A DNA stretch of 53,898 nt, filler included, from Catajapyx aquilonaris (taxonomy: Eukaryota): assembly GCA_000934665.2 (NCBI GenBank). It is 2 parts of 2 records of this genome, joined end to end, with 100 filler letters (N's around TTAATTAATTAA, not from the genome) between each part and the next. Parts side by side here need not be neighbours in the genome. Positions count along the whole stretch, not along the records: positions 27,015 to 53,898 come from JYFJ02005154.1; 1 more part is not named here. One strand, written 5' to 3'. The notes under the pieces were generated by a model. That model made no database searches and was not told the origin of the DNA. It saw nothing but the letters and a program-made list of their open reading frames with translations. Position 1 is the first letter of the stretch; each line of letters begins with the position of its first letter. The position numbers and the translations under genes are program-made. Of this stretch, positions 31,605-43,965 are shown piece after piece.

Positions 31605-32087
31605 GATCTTGCAACCCTGTTTTGCACAATGTGGCAACCCTTACTATTGGAATTATTCAATATGAGCCAACGCTTCACGAATATAAATTTTAGCCGATTA
31701 ACATTTAAAACACAAAGCTTTAAAACAGAATGCATTTAATTAATTAATTAATAGTTAATTAATAAGCAATTTTTGTGTGGTTGGCACCACTGGCGACTGT
31801 CACTTGTTCGAAATCCAAGATGGCGCCGATTATTTTGTTTCGAAGCAGATTTTCTGAGTGTAATTAGTGTTAATTAGACGTGTAATTACACTGGGAGGAG
31901 TGCAGGTAACTAGTGGTGGGCTGCTGGACATGCTCTGTACACTCACAGAGAGTAAGTGGGGCTCAGTTGATGAAATGTAGAAGTAGGCCTCTGTTTAACT
32001 TAACATGTCATGAGGAACGTTCCTTCCAATGCAGCTTATCCACTATTTGGGATTAGCCTTTGACCTGATTAGGTGACCTGCAGGGCC

Positions 32088-32955
32088 ATGTCGTCGTTGG
32101 AAGTGAAGACGGAACCGGAGGAAGAAGATGGGAGCATAACAGGGGAAGGGACGGGGCGGTTAACCATGAAGGAGGAGACCCCTTCATGCTTCGATGATGA
32201 ATCCACTCTTAAAGAGGACACTCTCCATGAGATCAAGCCGGAGGTAGCCGAAGAGGAGGAAGAGATGGTGGTGGACACATCCAGTGTGGTCAAAGAAGAA
32301 GACGACCCATTGGGACTCGTTTTAAGGGTTAGTCGGGTATGTAATCTGCTGGAATTGCAACATAACTGATGTACTCTGATCCGCATTTCAGATCAAGCAA
32401 GAGACTTCTGAAGATGGAGAGAATGGGAGGAGCAAATATTGGTGCAGTTTTTGCAATAAAAAAATTCGCAGTTGTCATATGAAAATTCACATGCGAATTC
32501 ACACTGGAGAGAAGCCATACATTTGTGAGGTGTGCCAGAAGAATTTTTGTGATCCAAGTAATTTGAAAGCTCACATGCGGATTCATACGGGAGAGAGACC
32601 GTTTAGCTGTGAGGTGTGCATGAAGAAATTTCGCAGTTCAAGTTATTTGAATACTCACATGCGAATTCATGCTGGAGATAAACCGTATCATTGTGAGGTG
32701 TGCCAGAGAGATTTTTGTGATTCGAGTGGGTTGAAAGCTCACGAGCGAATTCATACTAGGGTAGAAAAACCATATGATTGTGAGGTGTGCCAGAAGAAAC
32801 TGTCTAGCGCAAGAAGTTTGAAAACACATATGCGAATTCACACTGGAGAAAAACCATTTCAATGCAATATGTGCCCTGAAAAGTTCCGCAGTGCAAGCAA
32901 TTTGAAATATCACAGGCGACTTCACGAACCGCATGTTGAGCCATCCAATAATTAA
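32088..32955 (+). CDS. C2H2 ZNF cluster gene B (acidic exon + 5 intact fingers and 1 shortened finger)
   Basis: Exons 32088-32336 and 32392-32955 join in frame (CGG|GTATGT ... TTTCAG|ATC). Confidence 0.85.
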
Positions 32956-33813
32956 TTTAGCAATGCTTTAAAAAGAATGTATAACAGGCAAACATGACCT
33001 CAGCGTAACGCATGCTGTTGCGACATTAACGCTCAATATGAAAAGCATATTTTTCTGTGCGTGATAATGTCATATTATGCAAATGCACGAATGATTTAAA
33101 AAAAAATATTTGTACAGGACATGTAAGAAACACAATAAATTATTTAAAAAATAAATTAATGCACCCTGATTACTCGTTATTATTGCATCTGTATCTACAC
33201 CTGTTCCTCTTCATTTAATACTATTAATAGCGCATCCTACAAATAGTGCATCATCTGGAAATTAATGCATTCCACATGCCAATTAACTTGTAATCAACTA
33301 GTAATTAATAATTAATAAACTACAGTATAGCCAACATTCCTTAATTTGAATAACCTGGGTTCAAAAATGTTGCCAACAGATAATCAACATTTAATTATCT
33401 TTAAAGCGCAGAACTTAACATCCACAAAATATGGTTAAACCCAAGGCATTTAGTTATCTAAATAACAATTAATAAGCGGTTTATTGTTATTAAGAGTGTC
33501 TGTTGGCACCATTGGCGACTGTCACTTGTTCGGAAATTCCAAGATGGCGGCCGTGCTTACTTTTTTTTTTTTAAGTGATAATTTCCATGTTAATTAGTGC
33601 TAATTAGACGTGTAATTGCACTGTGAGGAGTGCAGGTAACTAGAGTTGGTCTGCAGGACATGCTCTGTACTGTAACAGAGAGTGTCAGTTGAGAAAATGT
33701 AGGAGTAGGCCTGTGATTAACTTAATATGTCATGAGGAAATGTTCCTTCCAATGCAGCTTATCCAACTATTTGGGATGTGACCTGACCTTTTTAAGGGTG
33801 ACCTGCAGGGGCC

Positions 33814-34882
33814 ATGTCATCTTTGGGAGTGAAGAAGGAACCGGAGGAAGATGGGAGCCGGACGGTGGAGGAGACGGCTTCATGCTTCGATGGTGATGAT
33901 TCCACGGAGGACGCTCGGGGTGAGATCAAGCCGGGGGCAGCGGAGAAGAGGGAAGAGATGGTGATGGCCGCGTCCAGTGCCATTGACTCATTCGGAGATA
34001 TTTTTGGAAGGGTTAGTGTTGTATGTTTATATACGCAAAGGTGATAAAAGCACAGCCTGAACCGGTGCTCTGTTTTACGACGTCAGGCGTTTGTGTCCGA
34101 CACGACATTTTATGCTCAACATTGCAACCATGCAAATTTTGTTAATGAGTGTTTATTGCATACATCCAAATGCATGTAATGACAGCACCAAAGAAGGAAA
34201 AGACACTTGCGTATGCTTCACCCAATCCGCGCCACATAATAGAAATTGATATACTCTTAATTCGGCATTTCAGATCTGGCAAGAGACGGCTGGAGTTGGA
34301 GTAGACGAGAAATGGATCCAGGAGGGGAGGAACAAAAATTGCTGCCATATTTGCCAGAAAATATTTCACAGTTCAAGTCAACTGAAAACTCACATGCGAT
34401 GTCATGCGGGGAAAAAAGCATTTCAATGTGACGTGTGCCAGAAATTTTTTCGTAGTGCGAGTAATTTGAACCAGCACATGCGAATTCATGATACGGGAGC
34501 AAGACCGTTTAATTGTGACTTCTGCCAGAAAAGATTTCTATCGTCAAGTAGTTTGGAATCTCACATGCAAAGTCATGTGGGAGAAAACCCTTTCCAATGT
34601 GAGGTATGCCAGAAAGAATTGTGTAACGCAAGAAGTTTGAAAACTCACATGCTGATTCATACGGGAGAGAGTCCGTTTCAGTGCGAAGTGTGCGATAAAA
34701 AATTGTGCAATGCAACTAGTTTGGAACAGCACATACGAATTCATACCGGAGAAAAGCCATTTAATTGTGACGTGTGCCAGAAAAAGTTCCGCAGTTCAAG
34801 TCACTTGAGATTTCACATGCGAATTCATACAAAAGAGTACCTATTTGTTTTTGAGCCACGCAATAAAAAATTTAGTGATTGA
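33814..34882 (+). CDS. C2H2 ZNF cluster gene C (shortened acidic exon + 6 fingers)
   Basis: Exon 33814-34011 (or 34020) and 34274-34882, phase 0. The intron is about 200 nt longer than in paralogues, and the DDPL motif is lost. Confidence 0.8.
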
Positions 34883-35978
34883 CCATCTCGCTTTTAAAAA
34901 TAATAACGCATGCCTTAGTATTAAAAATATCAAAATTACTCGTGCAATTTGTACATGCTTGTGGCGACTGATTTCACAACAATGCAGGCATAAATAATAA
35001 TGTCAGATTGTGCACTAACTGTTCGCAATATATTTTACAACATTATATCAGATTTAGAGTTGTGATTTTTTTCTTTTTTTTAATGTACAGGACATGGAAG
35101 AAATAAAATTGCTTAATCCACCTTACTGTGTCTGTATGTTCAACACCTTTTTTATCGATACGCTACTAGGCTACAGCACGTTTTTCGCACAGTACGTTTC
35201 CATGACCATGTAGTAACAATGATCAATAATTTGTTTTTTGATGCCTTGGGACAAACAAACAAACAAACAAGAGCAGTTCAGAATATGAAAAACAAAACTT
35301 GATCAAAAATAATAGCGCCTCAATTAAACCGTACATACAAGTCCGCTTACATGTTTTCGCGGTCGCTGGTTAAAGTTTGTAGATTATTATGACGCTGCAA
35401 GACCTAGTGTAGGTCGGAAGTTGACATCTGGAGTATGACTGCTGAAAAAAAAACAAAATTATGTATACATGATTATGTTGAACTTGTATAATTAATTGTG
35501 ATTAACTTAGTTTTGGATATCCCGGGTTTAACACTGTTGCCAGCAGATACGTAACATTTAATTTGCTTAAAGCAAGTACTATGTTTACCGCATCTAACAG
35601 TTACACACAATGTACGAAATTAATTAATTAATAGTTAATTACTAGGTTAATAATTCGAATAGATTTTGTGTTGGCACCGCTGGGCATCGTCACTTGTTCG
35701 GAATTCCAAGATGGCGCCGATTATTTTGTTCCGAAGCAGATTTTCCGAGTGTAATTAGTGTTAATTAGACATGTAATTACACTGGGAGGAGTGCAGGTAA
35801 CTAGAGTTGGGCTGCAGGACATGCTCTGTACATTCACAGAGAGTAAGTGGGGCTCAGTTGAGAAATTGTAGCAGTAGGCCTGTGTTTAACTTGACATGTC
35901 ATGAGGAACTTTCCTTCCAATGCAGCTTATCCACTATTTGGGATTAGCCTTTGACCTGATCAGGTGACCTGCAGGGCC

Positions 35979-36928
35979 ATGTCATTGGCAGTGAAGAAGG
36001 AACCGGAGGAAGAAGACGACGGGAGCGTAACGGTGGAGGAGACATGGCAGATAACCGTGAAGGAGGAGACCCATTCATGCTTCTACGATGATGAATCCAC
36101 TCATAATGAGGACACTCTGCATGAGATCAAGAAGGAAGAAGCTGAAGAGGAGGAAGAGATGGCGGTGGACACGTCCAGTCCCGTCGAAGATGAAGACGAC
36201 CCATTGAGAGTCGCTTCTGGAAGTACTAGCGGGGTACGTAATCTGCTGTAATTGCGATACATTTACACTAAACTGATTCACATTTTCAGATTATGCAAGA
36301 CACCCTAGCAGATGGAGTGGAAAAGAAGCAGATCCAAAGGAAAGAAAATTGCTGCCATATTTGCCAGAAAATTTTTCGGAGTTCAACTAATTTGAAATTT
36401 CACATGCAAATTCATGCGGGAGAAAAAGTATTTGAATGTGACACGTGCCAGAAGCGTTTCGGTTGTGCAAGTAAGTTGAAAAGGCACATTATGATTCATA
36501 CGGGAGAGAGACCATTCGTATGTGACGTGTGCCAGAAAGTATTTCGATGCTCAGACAATCTGAAATTTCACATGCGAATTCATACGGGAGAAAAACCGTT
36601 TAATTGCGAGGTGTGCCATAAGAGATTCTTAGACGCGCACGGTTTGAAACGTCACATGCCAGTTCATAAGGAAGAGAGAGCGTTTAATTGTGAGGTGTGT
36701 CAGAAGCAATTTCGTGATTCAAGAAGTGTGAAAGCTCACATGCAAATTCATACAGGAGAAAAAATGCTTCATTGTGAGGTGTGCCTCAAAAAATTGTGTA
36801 ACGCAAGAAGTTTGAAAACTCACATGCAACTTCATACAGGAGATAGCCCATTCAATTGTGAGGTATGCCATAAAAAATTGTGCAATGCAACTAGTTTGAA
36901 ATATCACATGCGAATTCATGCTGGATAG
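35979..36928 (+). CDS. C2H2 ZNF cluster gene D (acidic exon + 7 fingers)
   Basis: Exons 35979-36233 and 36290-36928; the stop falls inside the linker (GGA TAG) and is followed by a decayed finger. Confidence 0.85.
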
Positions 36929-37471
36929 AACATGTGAAATGTATTGGACCAGTTTCATAGTTCAAGTAAAGTGCAATATCAAATGCAATATTTCATACAA
37001 CATGCGATTGATCACATGTCAACTTCACACATATGTTGTGCATGACACTCACTGTTGTACAGTATTGTCTTGTACTGTGTAGATATAAGTTGCAACGTTT
37101 GCATGTTGTGAAAAGTGAATCCAAATTTTGAACTCATGATGTGTGAGAGGAGTTTCGTTCCTATTCAGATGTAGCGAGTTTGTATTACCTTACGACGAAT
37201 CATATTTTATTTTTTGTACATAGCAAAATCGCATTAATAAACATTTCAACCGAAATATCTATAAGACCGATTTAGAAAGCCTCGGATCAATATTCTGACT
37301 GTTGCGATCAACATATTGAGCCCCCTTTTTTCTTACAGCCATCCCCATTGTTGCTGCCAACAATATTACACACATAAGTCAGTTGCACCAAAAGTCCCAA
37401 TAATTAATTAGGAACAATCAACATTGCAATAATATATTGTTGACACAATTCCACCTCTTTCTCCCTGGTCT

Positions 37472-37473
<2 letters not shown>

Positions 37474-37567
<94 letters not shown>

Positions 37568-37640
37568 GATCTAACAGGAAAGGAAACTGATTTATAAAAT
37601 AATCATCATCATGTTAAATCATCATTAAATCATAATTCAA

Positions 37641-37677
<37 letters not shown>
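37474..37677. repeat. Compound (ATT)n(ATC)n microsatellite
   Basis: Direct reading; a second ATC run at about 37643-37677. Confidence 0.9.
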
Positions 37678-38167
37678 GTTTGAATTTCCCGCGGTAAAAA
37701 CTGTTGCCAACAGATTAACCTTCAATATTTTTAATCAACGGAAGTTAACATCCGCAGCATTTAAATTAAATTTCGATTGAATTTAAATTAACAATTATTT
37801 ATAAGTAAATTGTTATAAGTACTTCTAGCTAATTATGACTAAGTATGTGTGTTGGCACCACTGGCGACTGTCACTTGTTTCTACGATCGAACATCCAAGA
37901 TGGCGGCGATAATTTTGTTCCAAAGCAGATTATCAAAGTTTATTGCGTTTAATTAGACGTGTAATTACACTGGGGCTACTGCAGGTAACTAGAGTTGGGC
38001 TGCAGGACATGCTCTGTACTCTCAGAGAGAGTAAGAGGCTGAGGGTGGTATGAAAATGTAGTAGTAGACCTGTGATTAATGTAACATGTCATGAGTAACG
38101 TTCCTTCCAATGCAGCTTATCCACTATTTGGGATTAGCCTTGACCTGATTAGGTGACCTGCAGGGCC

Positions 38168-39119
38168 ATGTCATCATTGGGAGTGAAGAAGGAACCGGAG
38201 GAAGAAGAAGATGGGGGCATAACGGTGGAGGAGACCTGGCAGCTTCCGTTGAAGGAGGAGACCCCTTCGTGCTTCGATGGGGACTCCACTCTTATAGAGG
38301 ACACTCTCCATGAGATCAAGAAGGAGGAAGCCGAAGAGGAGGAGGAAGCCGAAGAGGAGGAGGAAGCCGAAGAGGAGGAGGAAGCCGAAGAGGAGGAGGA
38401 AGCCGAAGAGGAGGAGGAAGCCGAAGAGGAGGAGGAAGAGATGGTGGTGGACATGTCTAGTGCGGTCGCAGATGAAGACGACCCATTGGGAGTCGCTTCC
38501 GGATGGGCTAGTGGCGTACGTAATCTGCTGAAATTTCAATAAAAAAACACTAATCTGATTCACATTTCAGATCGTGCAAGATGGAGTAGAAAAGGATTGG
38601 ATCCAGAAGGCATGGAACACCCGTGGGCGCAAAAGAAATCCACTTGAGTGCAGAATATGCCACAAATTATGTGGTTCTCCGCATATGTTGGAAGTTCACC
38701 TGTTTAATCATCGTGAAAAACATTGCTGCTATTTTTGCCAGAAAGAATTCTGTAGTGCAGAAATTTTGAAAATTCATATGCAAAGTCATACGGGTGAGAG
38801 AATATTTCGGTGTGAAGTCTGCGCGAAATATTTTAGCGGTGAAAGTTATTTTAAAATGCACTTGCAAACCATTCATAGGTTGGAGAGTACAAACATATTT
38901 CAATGTGACGTGTGCAAGAAAAAATTCTCTCATGCAGCTACTTTGAAACGGCACATGAATCTTCACGTGGAAGAGAGTTCTTGTGAATTTCAATGTGAAG
39001 TCTGCAAGAAAAAATTGGGTTGTGAAAGTAATTTGAAACTGCACATGCGAATTCACACAACACAGTATGTTAAAATTGAAGACATCTTGAAAAAAACGCT
39101 AAAGGTCCACCTCAGGTGA
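38168..39119 (+). CDS. C2H2 ZNF cluster gene E (acidic exon with EAEEEE expansion + 5 fingers)
   Basis: Exons 38168-38515 and 38571-39119, phase 0. Confidence 0.85.
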
Positions 39120-39409
39120 AACTGCGAAATGCCAATTTTAAATTTCGAAGGCGTAGGTTCTTCAGAGATATGTAGCTAATTTTTTGACATAAAGTGGACC
39201 TTGTTAGTTCTTCCCCTGAGGTCTTCAATTAGTGTTCAGCCATCCCGTAAAAGATTGAATGAAAATCATTATAAAGTTATTATGAAAAAATTGATAAAAA
39301 CTCTGTAAGAGATCATTTCAGATTTTGCAAATTCACAGTTTGCTATTAAATTTGCAACGCCTGTGGTTGATAACTTTTTGATTCTGCACATGTTGTGCTG
39401 AGCTACTTA

Positions 39410-39554
39410 GGGCGGTTTCTCGAACAGTGGTTCAAATGTAAACCGGGTTCAAAGCCAGTTTAATCCCTGATTTGATTGTTGTTAGGCTGTTGTCAAGGGT
39501 TTAGACCGGCTTTGAACCGGGTTTACATTTGAACCACTGTTTGAGAAAACGGCT
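39410..39554. mobile_element. PIF/Harbinger-type MITE
   Basis: TTA on both sides (39407-39409, 39555-39557); inverted arms AACAGTGGTTCAAATGTAAACC / GGTTTACATTTGAACCACTGTT. Confidence 0.8.
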
Positions 39555-39595
39555 TTAGTGTTGTAAAATTATGATTTATTTTTTTTTAAAAAAAA

Positions 39596-39939
39596 ATAAT
39601 AATAATAATAATTGTGGGGGTAGTGCTTCACCTTTCGGCATTCGTCACGGACCTTTATTATTTGATCGTACATAGTGTATACAAGTTGGAGCCATTGAGA
39701 AGCGCCCAGGCCCACGGGCAGGATGACAGGAGGGGATGTGCAAGTGCAGTGCATCTGACGTGGTGGCCATTTTTAGGGAACTCCCCCGGGTGGTTTAGTC
39801 TGTGGAAATACCACCCGAGACGAAGCCTGAGGTGACCCTGAACTCTGCACGAGATGAAGGGGGTGTCCCCGGGCTGGGATCGAACCCGGGACCTTAACAT
39901 CCATGGGCGCGTACGTTACCGCAGCGCCACTCCGCCTCC
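39596..39939 (-). mobile_element. tRNA-derived SINE (copy 2)
   Basis: Minus strand begins GGAGGCGGAGTGGCGCTGCGGT (A box) ... GGTTCGATCCC (B box); same body as 9300-9546; AAT repeat at the 3' side. Confidence 0.8.
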
Positions 39940-40324
39940 TCATAAAATTATGATTTAACATGATGATGATTTAGAAATTAGTTTCCTTGGCAACGGGAAA
40001 TGAAACTGTCAACATCCCATGTTGTTGTCCAATTAGAATCGCATCATCGTAGCATAAATGGCAATGTATTCTACATTGTTGTCACCCTCATTTCCCGCCC
40101 CCAATGAGAAAAAAGTCTACTTGAATCATGTTCGCGTGATTTGCCAAACGTGTTTTAAGCTGGGAGTAGTATTATGTTCTTGAGCTTAGATGTATAGTGT
40201 TTTTTTATTGAGTAAGACAAATCAGATATTTATATGTGAACATCCTGAGATGACACTAATAAATATTTCAAGCGAAACTTCTGTCGATCATTTAGACTAC
40301 GCATTACCTGTGTTCGGACACGCA

Positions 40325-41365
40325 GGATAAGGTGAAGCAGGAGGCGAAGGAAGAGATGGTGTTGACCACGTCAAGTGCGGTTGAAGACGAGTCGTTACTC
40401 GAAAGGCTAGTGGCGTATGTAATATGCTGAAATTGAGATATATTTTCACTAAACTGATTCACATTTCAGAACGTGCAACAGACCGCTGATGATGGAGAAG
40501 AAGAGAACAGGATCCAGAAGGGACGCGGGAATCTGCTCTGGAAGGAATTCTTTTGAGTGCAGAAAATGCCAGAAATTATTTGTTACTCACCAGGAACCGG
40601 AGGAAGATGAAGATGGGAGCATAACAGTGGAGGAGACCCCTTCATGCTTTGATGGGGACTCCACTCTTAATGAGGACACTCTGGGTGAGATCAAACAGGA
40701 GGCAGACGAAGAGGAGGAAATGGTGGTGGACACGTCCAGTCCCGTCGAAGATGAAGATGGCCCATTGAGAGTTGCTTCTGGAAGGGTTAGCAGGGTATGT
40801 AATATGCTGCAATTGCGATACATTTGCACTATTAAATTGATTCACCTTTCAGATCACGCAAGAGACCGCAGAAGATGGACTTAAAAAAGACAGGGTCAGG
40901 AAGGGAAAGAACAGAAATTTCTGCCGCATTTGCAAGGAAAACTTGTATACTGCAAAAAGCTTGGAAATTCACATGCTGATGCATGAGGGAAAAAGTCTGT
41001 TTGATTGCGAGGTGTGCCGGAAAGAATTTAGTCATTCAAACACTCTGAAACGGCACATGCTGATTCATAAAAAAAATTGTCCATTTCAATGCGACGTGTG
41101 CAAGAGAATATTGTGTAGTCCACAAACTTTGAAGGAACACCTACGACTTCATACAGGAGAGAGACCTTTAAATTGTGAGAGGTGCCAGAAAAGATTTATT
41201 CGTGCGCAAGATTTGAGAAAGCACGTGCAAATTCATAAGAAAAAGCAAGCGGAAGAGTGTTCATTTAAATGTGAAGTGTGCAAGAAAATACTGGGCTGTG
41301 CAATCAATTTGAAACTACACATGAGAATTCATACGACACATGTTAATATTTGTGTCAAGCCGTAA
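40325..41365 (+). pseudogene. Rearranged ZNF unit F (two partial units fused; 5 fingers; no promoter cassette)
   Basis: Tail of an acidic exon (about 40325-40414), an intron, then the start of a finger exon (40470; stops in frame). A truncated finger CRKCQKLFVTH is fused at about 40590 to a second acidic exon lacking its ATG; donor 40795, acceptor 40852, finger exon 40853-41365. An ORF from ATG 40489 could still splice in frame. Confidence 0.6.
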
Positions 41366-42181
41366 ACAATTTAGTTGTCCACCATCCGGTTGTTAAATAT
41401 ATGTAAAACAGGCAAACAAGGCCTCACGTAAGTCATGAAAGTGTGGTACATGCTGTGACGACATGATTTCAGAACCATTTAAGGGTAACTGATTTGTCTG
41501 ATATTTTAATTTAATTTGCAATTGTTCATCACACTTGAACTCGCGACTGATGACATTTCAACTCGGTCACGTTGTGCTCAGTAATATGGTGCATATAATT
41601 AACTGTTGTATCGTCTGGTAACATGTACATAATACCTGCACATTTTAGTAATACATGTTGTGAAAAGTGTCAATTTTTTAAAAAATAATTATGCTGTAAA
41701 TAAATTGAATTTTTCATATTCCCGCATTTTTGCCAACAACTGTCATGGCCGCCAACAGAACCTTAGAGCATTATATTTTTGAGGCTAATTACTGCACATC
41801 CACATCATCCATTAAATATGAGCAATGTCATTCATAATTAGTTAGTTAATTAATTACTAAGTGAATTATAATAAGGTTCTGTTGGCATCATTGGCGTCTG
41901 TTTGGAATTCAAGATGGCCGCCATGTTGCTGTTCCAAAGAGGAAATTTCCAAGTTAATTAGTGTTAATTAGACTTCTAATTACACTGGAAGGAGTGCAGG
42001 TAACTAGAGTTGGGCAGCAGGACATGCTCTGTACTCTCACAGAGAGTTAGTGGGGCTCAGTTGTGAAAATGTAGCAGTAGGCCACTGTTTAACTTGACAT
42101 GTCATTAGGAACGTTCCTTCCAATGCAGCTTATCCACTATTTGGGATTAGCCTTTGACCTGACTGGGTGACCTGCAGGACC

Positions 42182-43219
42182 ATGTCGTCGTTGGAAGTGA
42201 AGAAGGAACCGGAGGAAGATGGGAGCCGGATGGTGGAGGAGACCCTGCAGATAACCGTGAAGGAGGAGACCGCTTCATTCTTCGATGGTGAGGATTCCAC
42301 TCTACAAGAGGACACTCCGGGTGAGATCAAGCAGGAGGCAGCCGAAGAGGAGGAAGAAATGGTGGCGGACACATCCAGTACGGCTGAAGAAGACGACCCG
42401 TTGGAAAAAAATACATTGGAGTGCAGTAAATGCCAGAAATTATTTGGCACTCTGCATGAATTGGAAGTACACATGTTAACTCTTAGTGAAAATAATTGTT
42501 GCCATATTTGCCAGAAGAAATTGTTCAATGGAAGTAGTTTGAAAAAGCATGTGCGAATTCATACTGGCGATAGACCATATCGTTGTGGGTTGTGTCCGAA
42601 AATGTTTCGTCAATCAGGTAGTTTGAAAGCCCACGTGCAAAGTCATACGGGAGAGAGTACATTTCAGTGTGATGTGTGCTGGAAAAAGTTTAGTCAATCG
42701 AGATGTTTGAAAACGCATATGCTGATTCATACGGGAGAGAGGCCGTTTCAATGTGAGGTCTGCCAGAACAAATTTCTTAATTCAAGTAGTTTGAAAAAAC
42801 ACATGCTAGTTCATACCGGAGAAAAACCATTTGTATGTGACGTGTGCCAGAAAAGATTTGGTGAGTCAGGTAGTCTGAAAGCTCACGTGCGAATTCATAC
42901 GGGAGAAAAACCATACGTTTGTGAGGTGTGCCAGAAAAAATTTAGTCAATCAAGTAGTTTGAGAATTCACATGCGAAGTCATACGGGAGAGAGACCCTTC
43001 ACTTGTGACGTGTGCCAGAAGAAATTTCGCATTTCAAATCATTTGAAGCAGCACATGCGAATTCATATGGGAGAAAGTCCATTCCATTGTGAGTTGTGCT
43101 CGAAAAAATTTCGCCAATCAAGTAATTTGAAAGATCACATGCGAATTCATACAACAGAATATCTAAATATTATTGAGCCATGCCATGAAAAATTTAGTGA
43201 CGCACCATCAGGCTCTTAA
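42182..43219 (+). CDS. C2H2 ZNF cluster gene G (single coding exon; 8 intact fingers + 1 degenerate)
   Basis: Continuous ORF: the acidic region ...EEDDPL is joined directly to EKNTLECSKC...; the family's phase-0 intron is absent. Confidence 0.9.
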   Translation: MSSLEVKKEPEEDGSRMVEETLQITVKEETASFFDGEDSTLQEDTPGEIKQEAAEEEEEMVADTSSTAEEDDPLEKNTLECSKCQKLFGTLHELEVHMLTLSENNCCHICQKKLFNGSSLKKHVRIHTGDRPYRCGLCPKMFRQSGSLKAHVQSHTGESTFQCDVCWKKFSQSRCLKTHMLIHTGERPFQCEVCQNKFLNSSSLKKHMLVHTGEKPFVCDVCQKRFGESGSLKAHVRIHTGEKPYVCEVCQKKFSQSSSLRIHMRSHTGERPFTCDVCQKKFRISNHLKQHMRIHMGESPFHCELCSKKFRQSSNLKDHMRIHTTEYLNIIEPCHEKFSDAPSGS

Positions 43220-43719
43220 AAATATTATGGCCTCATCATGAAAATATCAATGTAACTATTGAAAGTGGCACATTACATATTTTCACAACCTTGCCGAAAA
43301 TGCAAGCGTAATTTCTTGTGTGTAATGTAACGTCAGATTTTGTTAACACAGTTTGCAATTTAATTTGCAGACTTACAACACGTGCTTGATAACATTTTGA
43401 CACCACATGTTGAGTTCAGTAAATGTGGTGCATAACACTTGGGTTCTGTACACTGTACATAAGTTGCACATATTTTGTATTATGTTGTAAACAGGGAGTA
43501 CATTTTTAAAAAAAAATCCGCACTGCTTACGCTTGCAAAAAGCAGAAACACGCACTACTGGTATTACTTAGCTGTGTACAGTACACGTAATTCTGCATCC
43601 ATACAGAATGTCAAAGTCAATGTGTTTTATCACAACTGCTAATAAACTATTTATTTGGAGCAAACATTGCATTGTTGCCTCTTATTTGAATTTTGCGGAT
43701 TTAACAATGTTGTCAGTGG

Positions 43720-43965
43720 TATTTTTTTATAAATTTTATTATTATTTATTATAGCCTATTATTTATTACTTTATTACTTATTATTTTATTATTTTATTAT
43801 TTATTGGTAATTATTTTATTATTTATTTATTCTTTTATTACTTATTAATTATTTATTATATTATTAATTATTAATTATTTATTTACTTTACTAGTAATTA
43901 TTAAATATTAATTTTGTTATTAATTATTTGTTATTAATTTATTTTATTAATTTATTCCATTTTAT
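43720..43965. repeat. AT-rich low-complexity (TTA-like) tract
   Basis: Direct reading. Confidence 0.8.

Noticed and set aside
31782..31817. Pol III A/B boxes in the promoter cassette (TGGCACCACTGG...GTTCGAAATCC)
   Set aside because: The spacing is too short, the B-box-like word is not conserved in other copies, and the YY1 motif plus splice donor point to Pol II.
31906..32072. Intronic C/D or H/ACA snoRNA in the conserved ZNF intron
   Set aside because: C-box-like and H-box-like words are not conserved across copies, there is no terminal ACA, and CTGA sits at the branch/acceptor region.
39860..39939. Functional tRNA gene
   Set aside because: No clean cloverleaf; it continues into a body shared with 9300-9546, so it is a SINE head.
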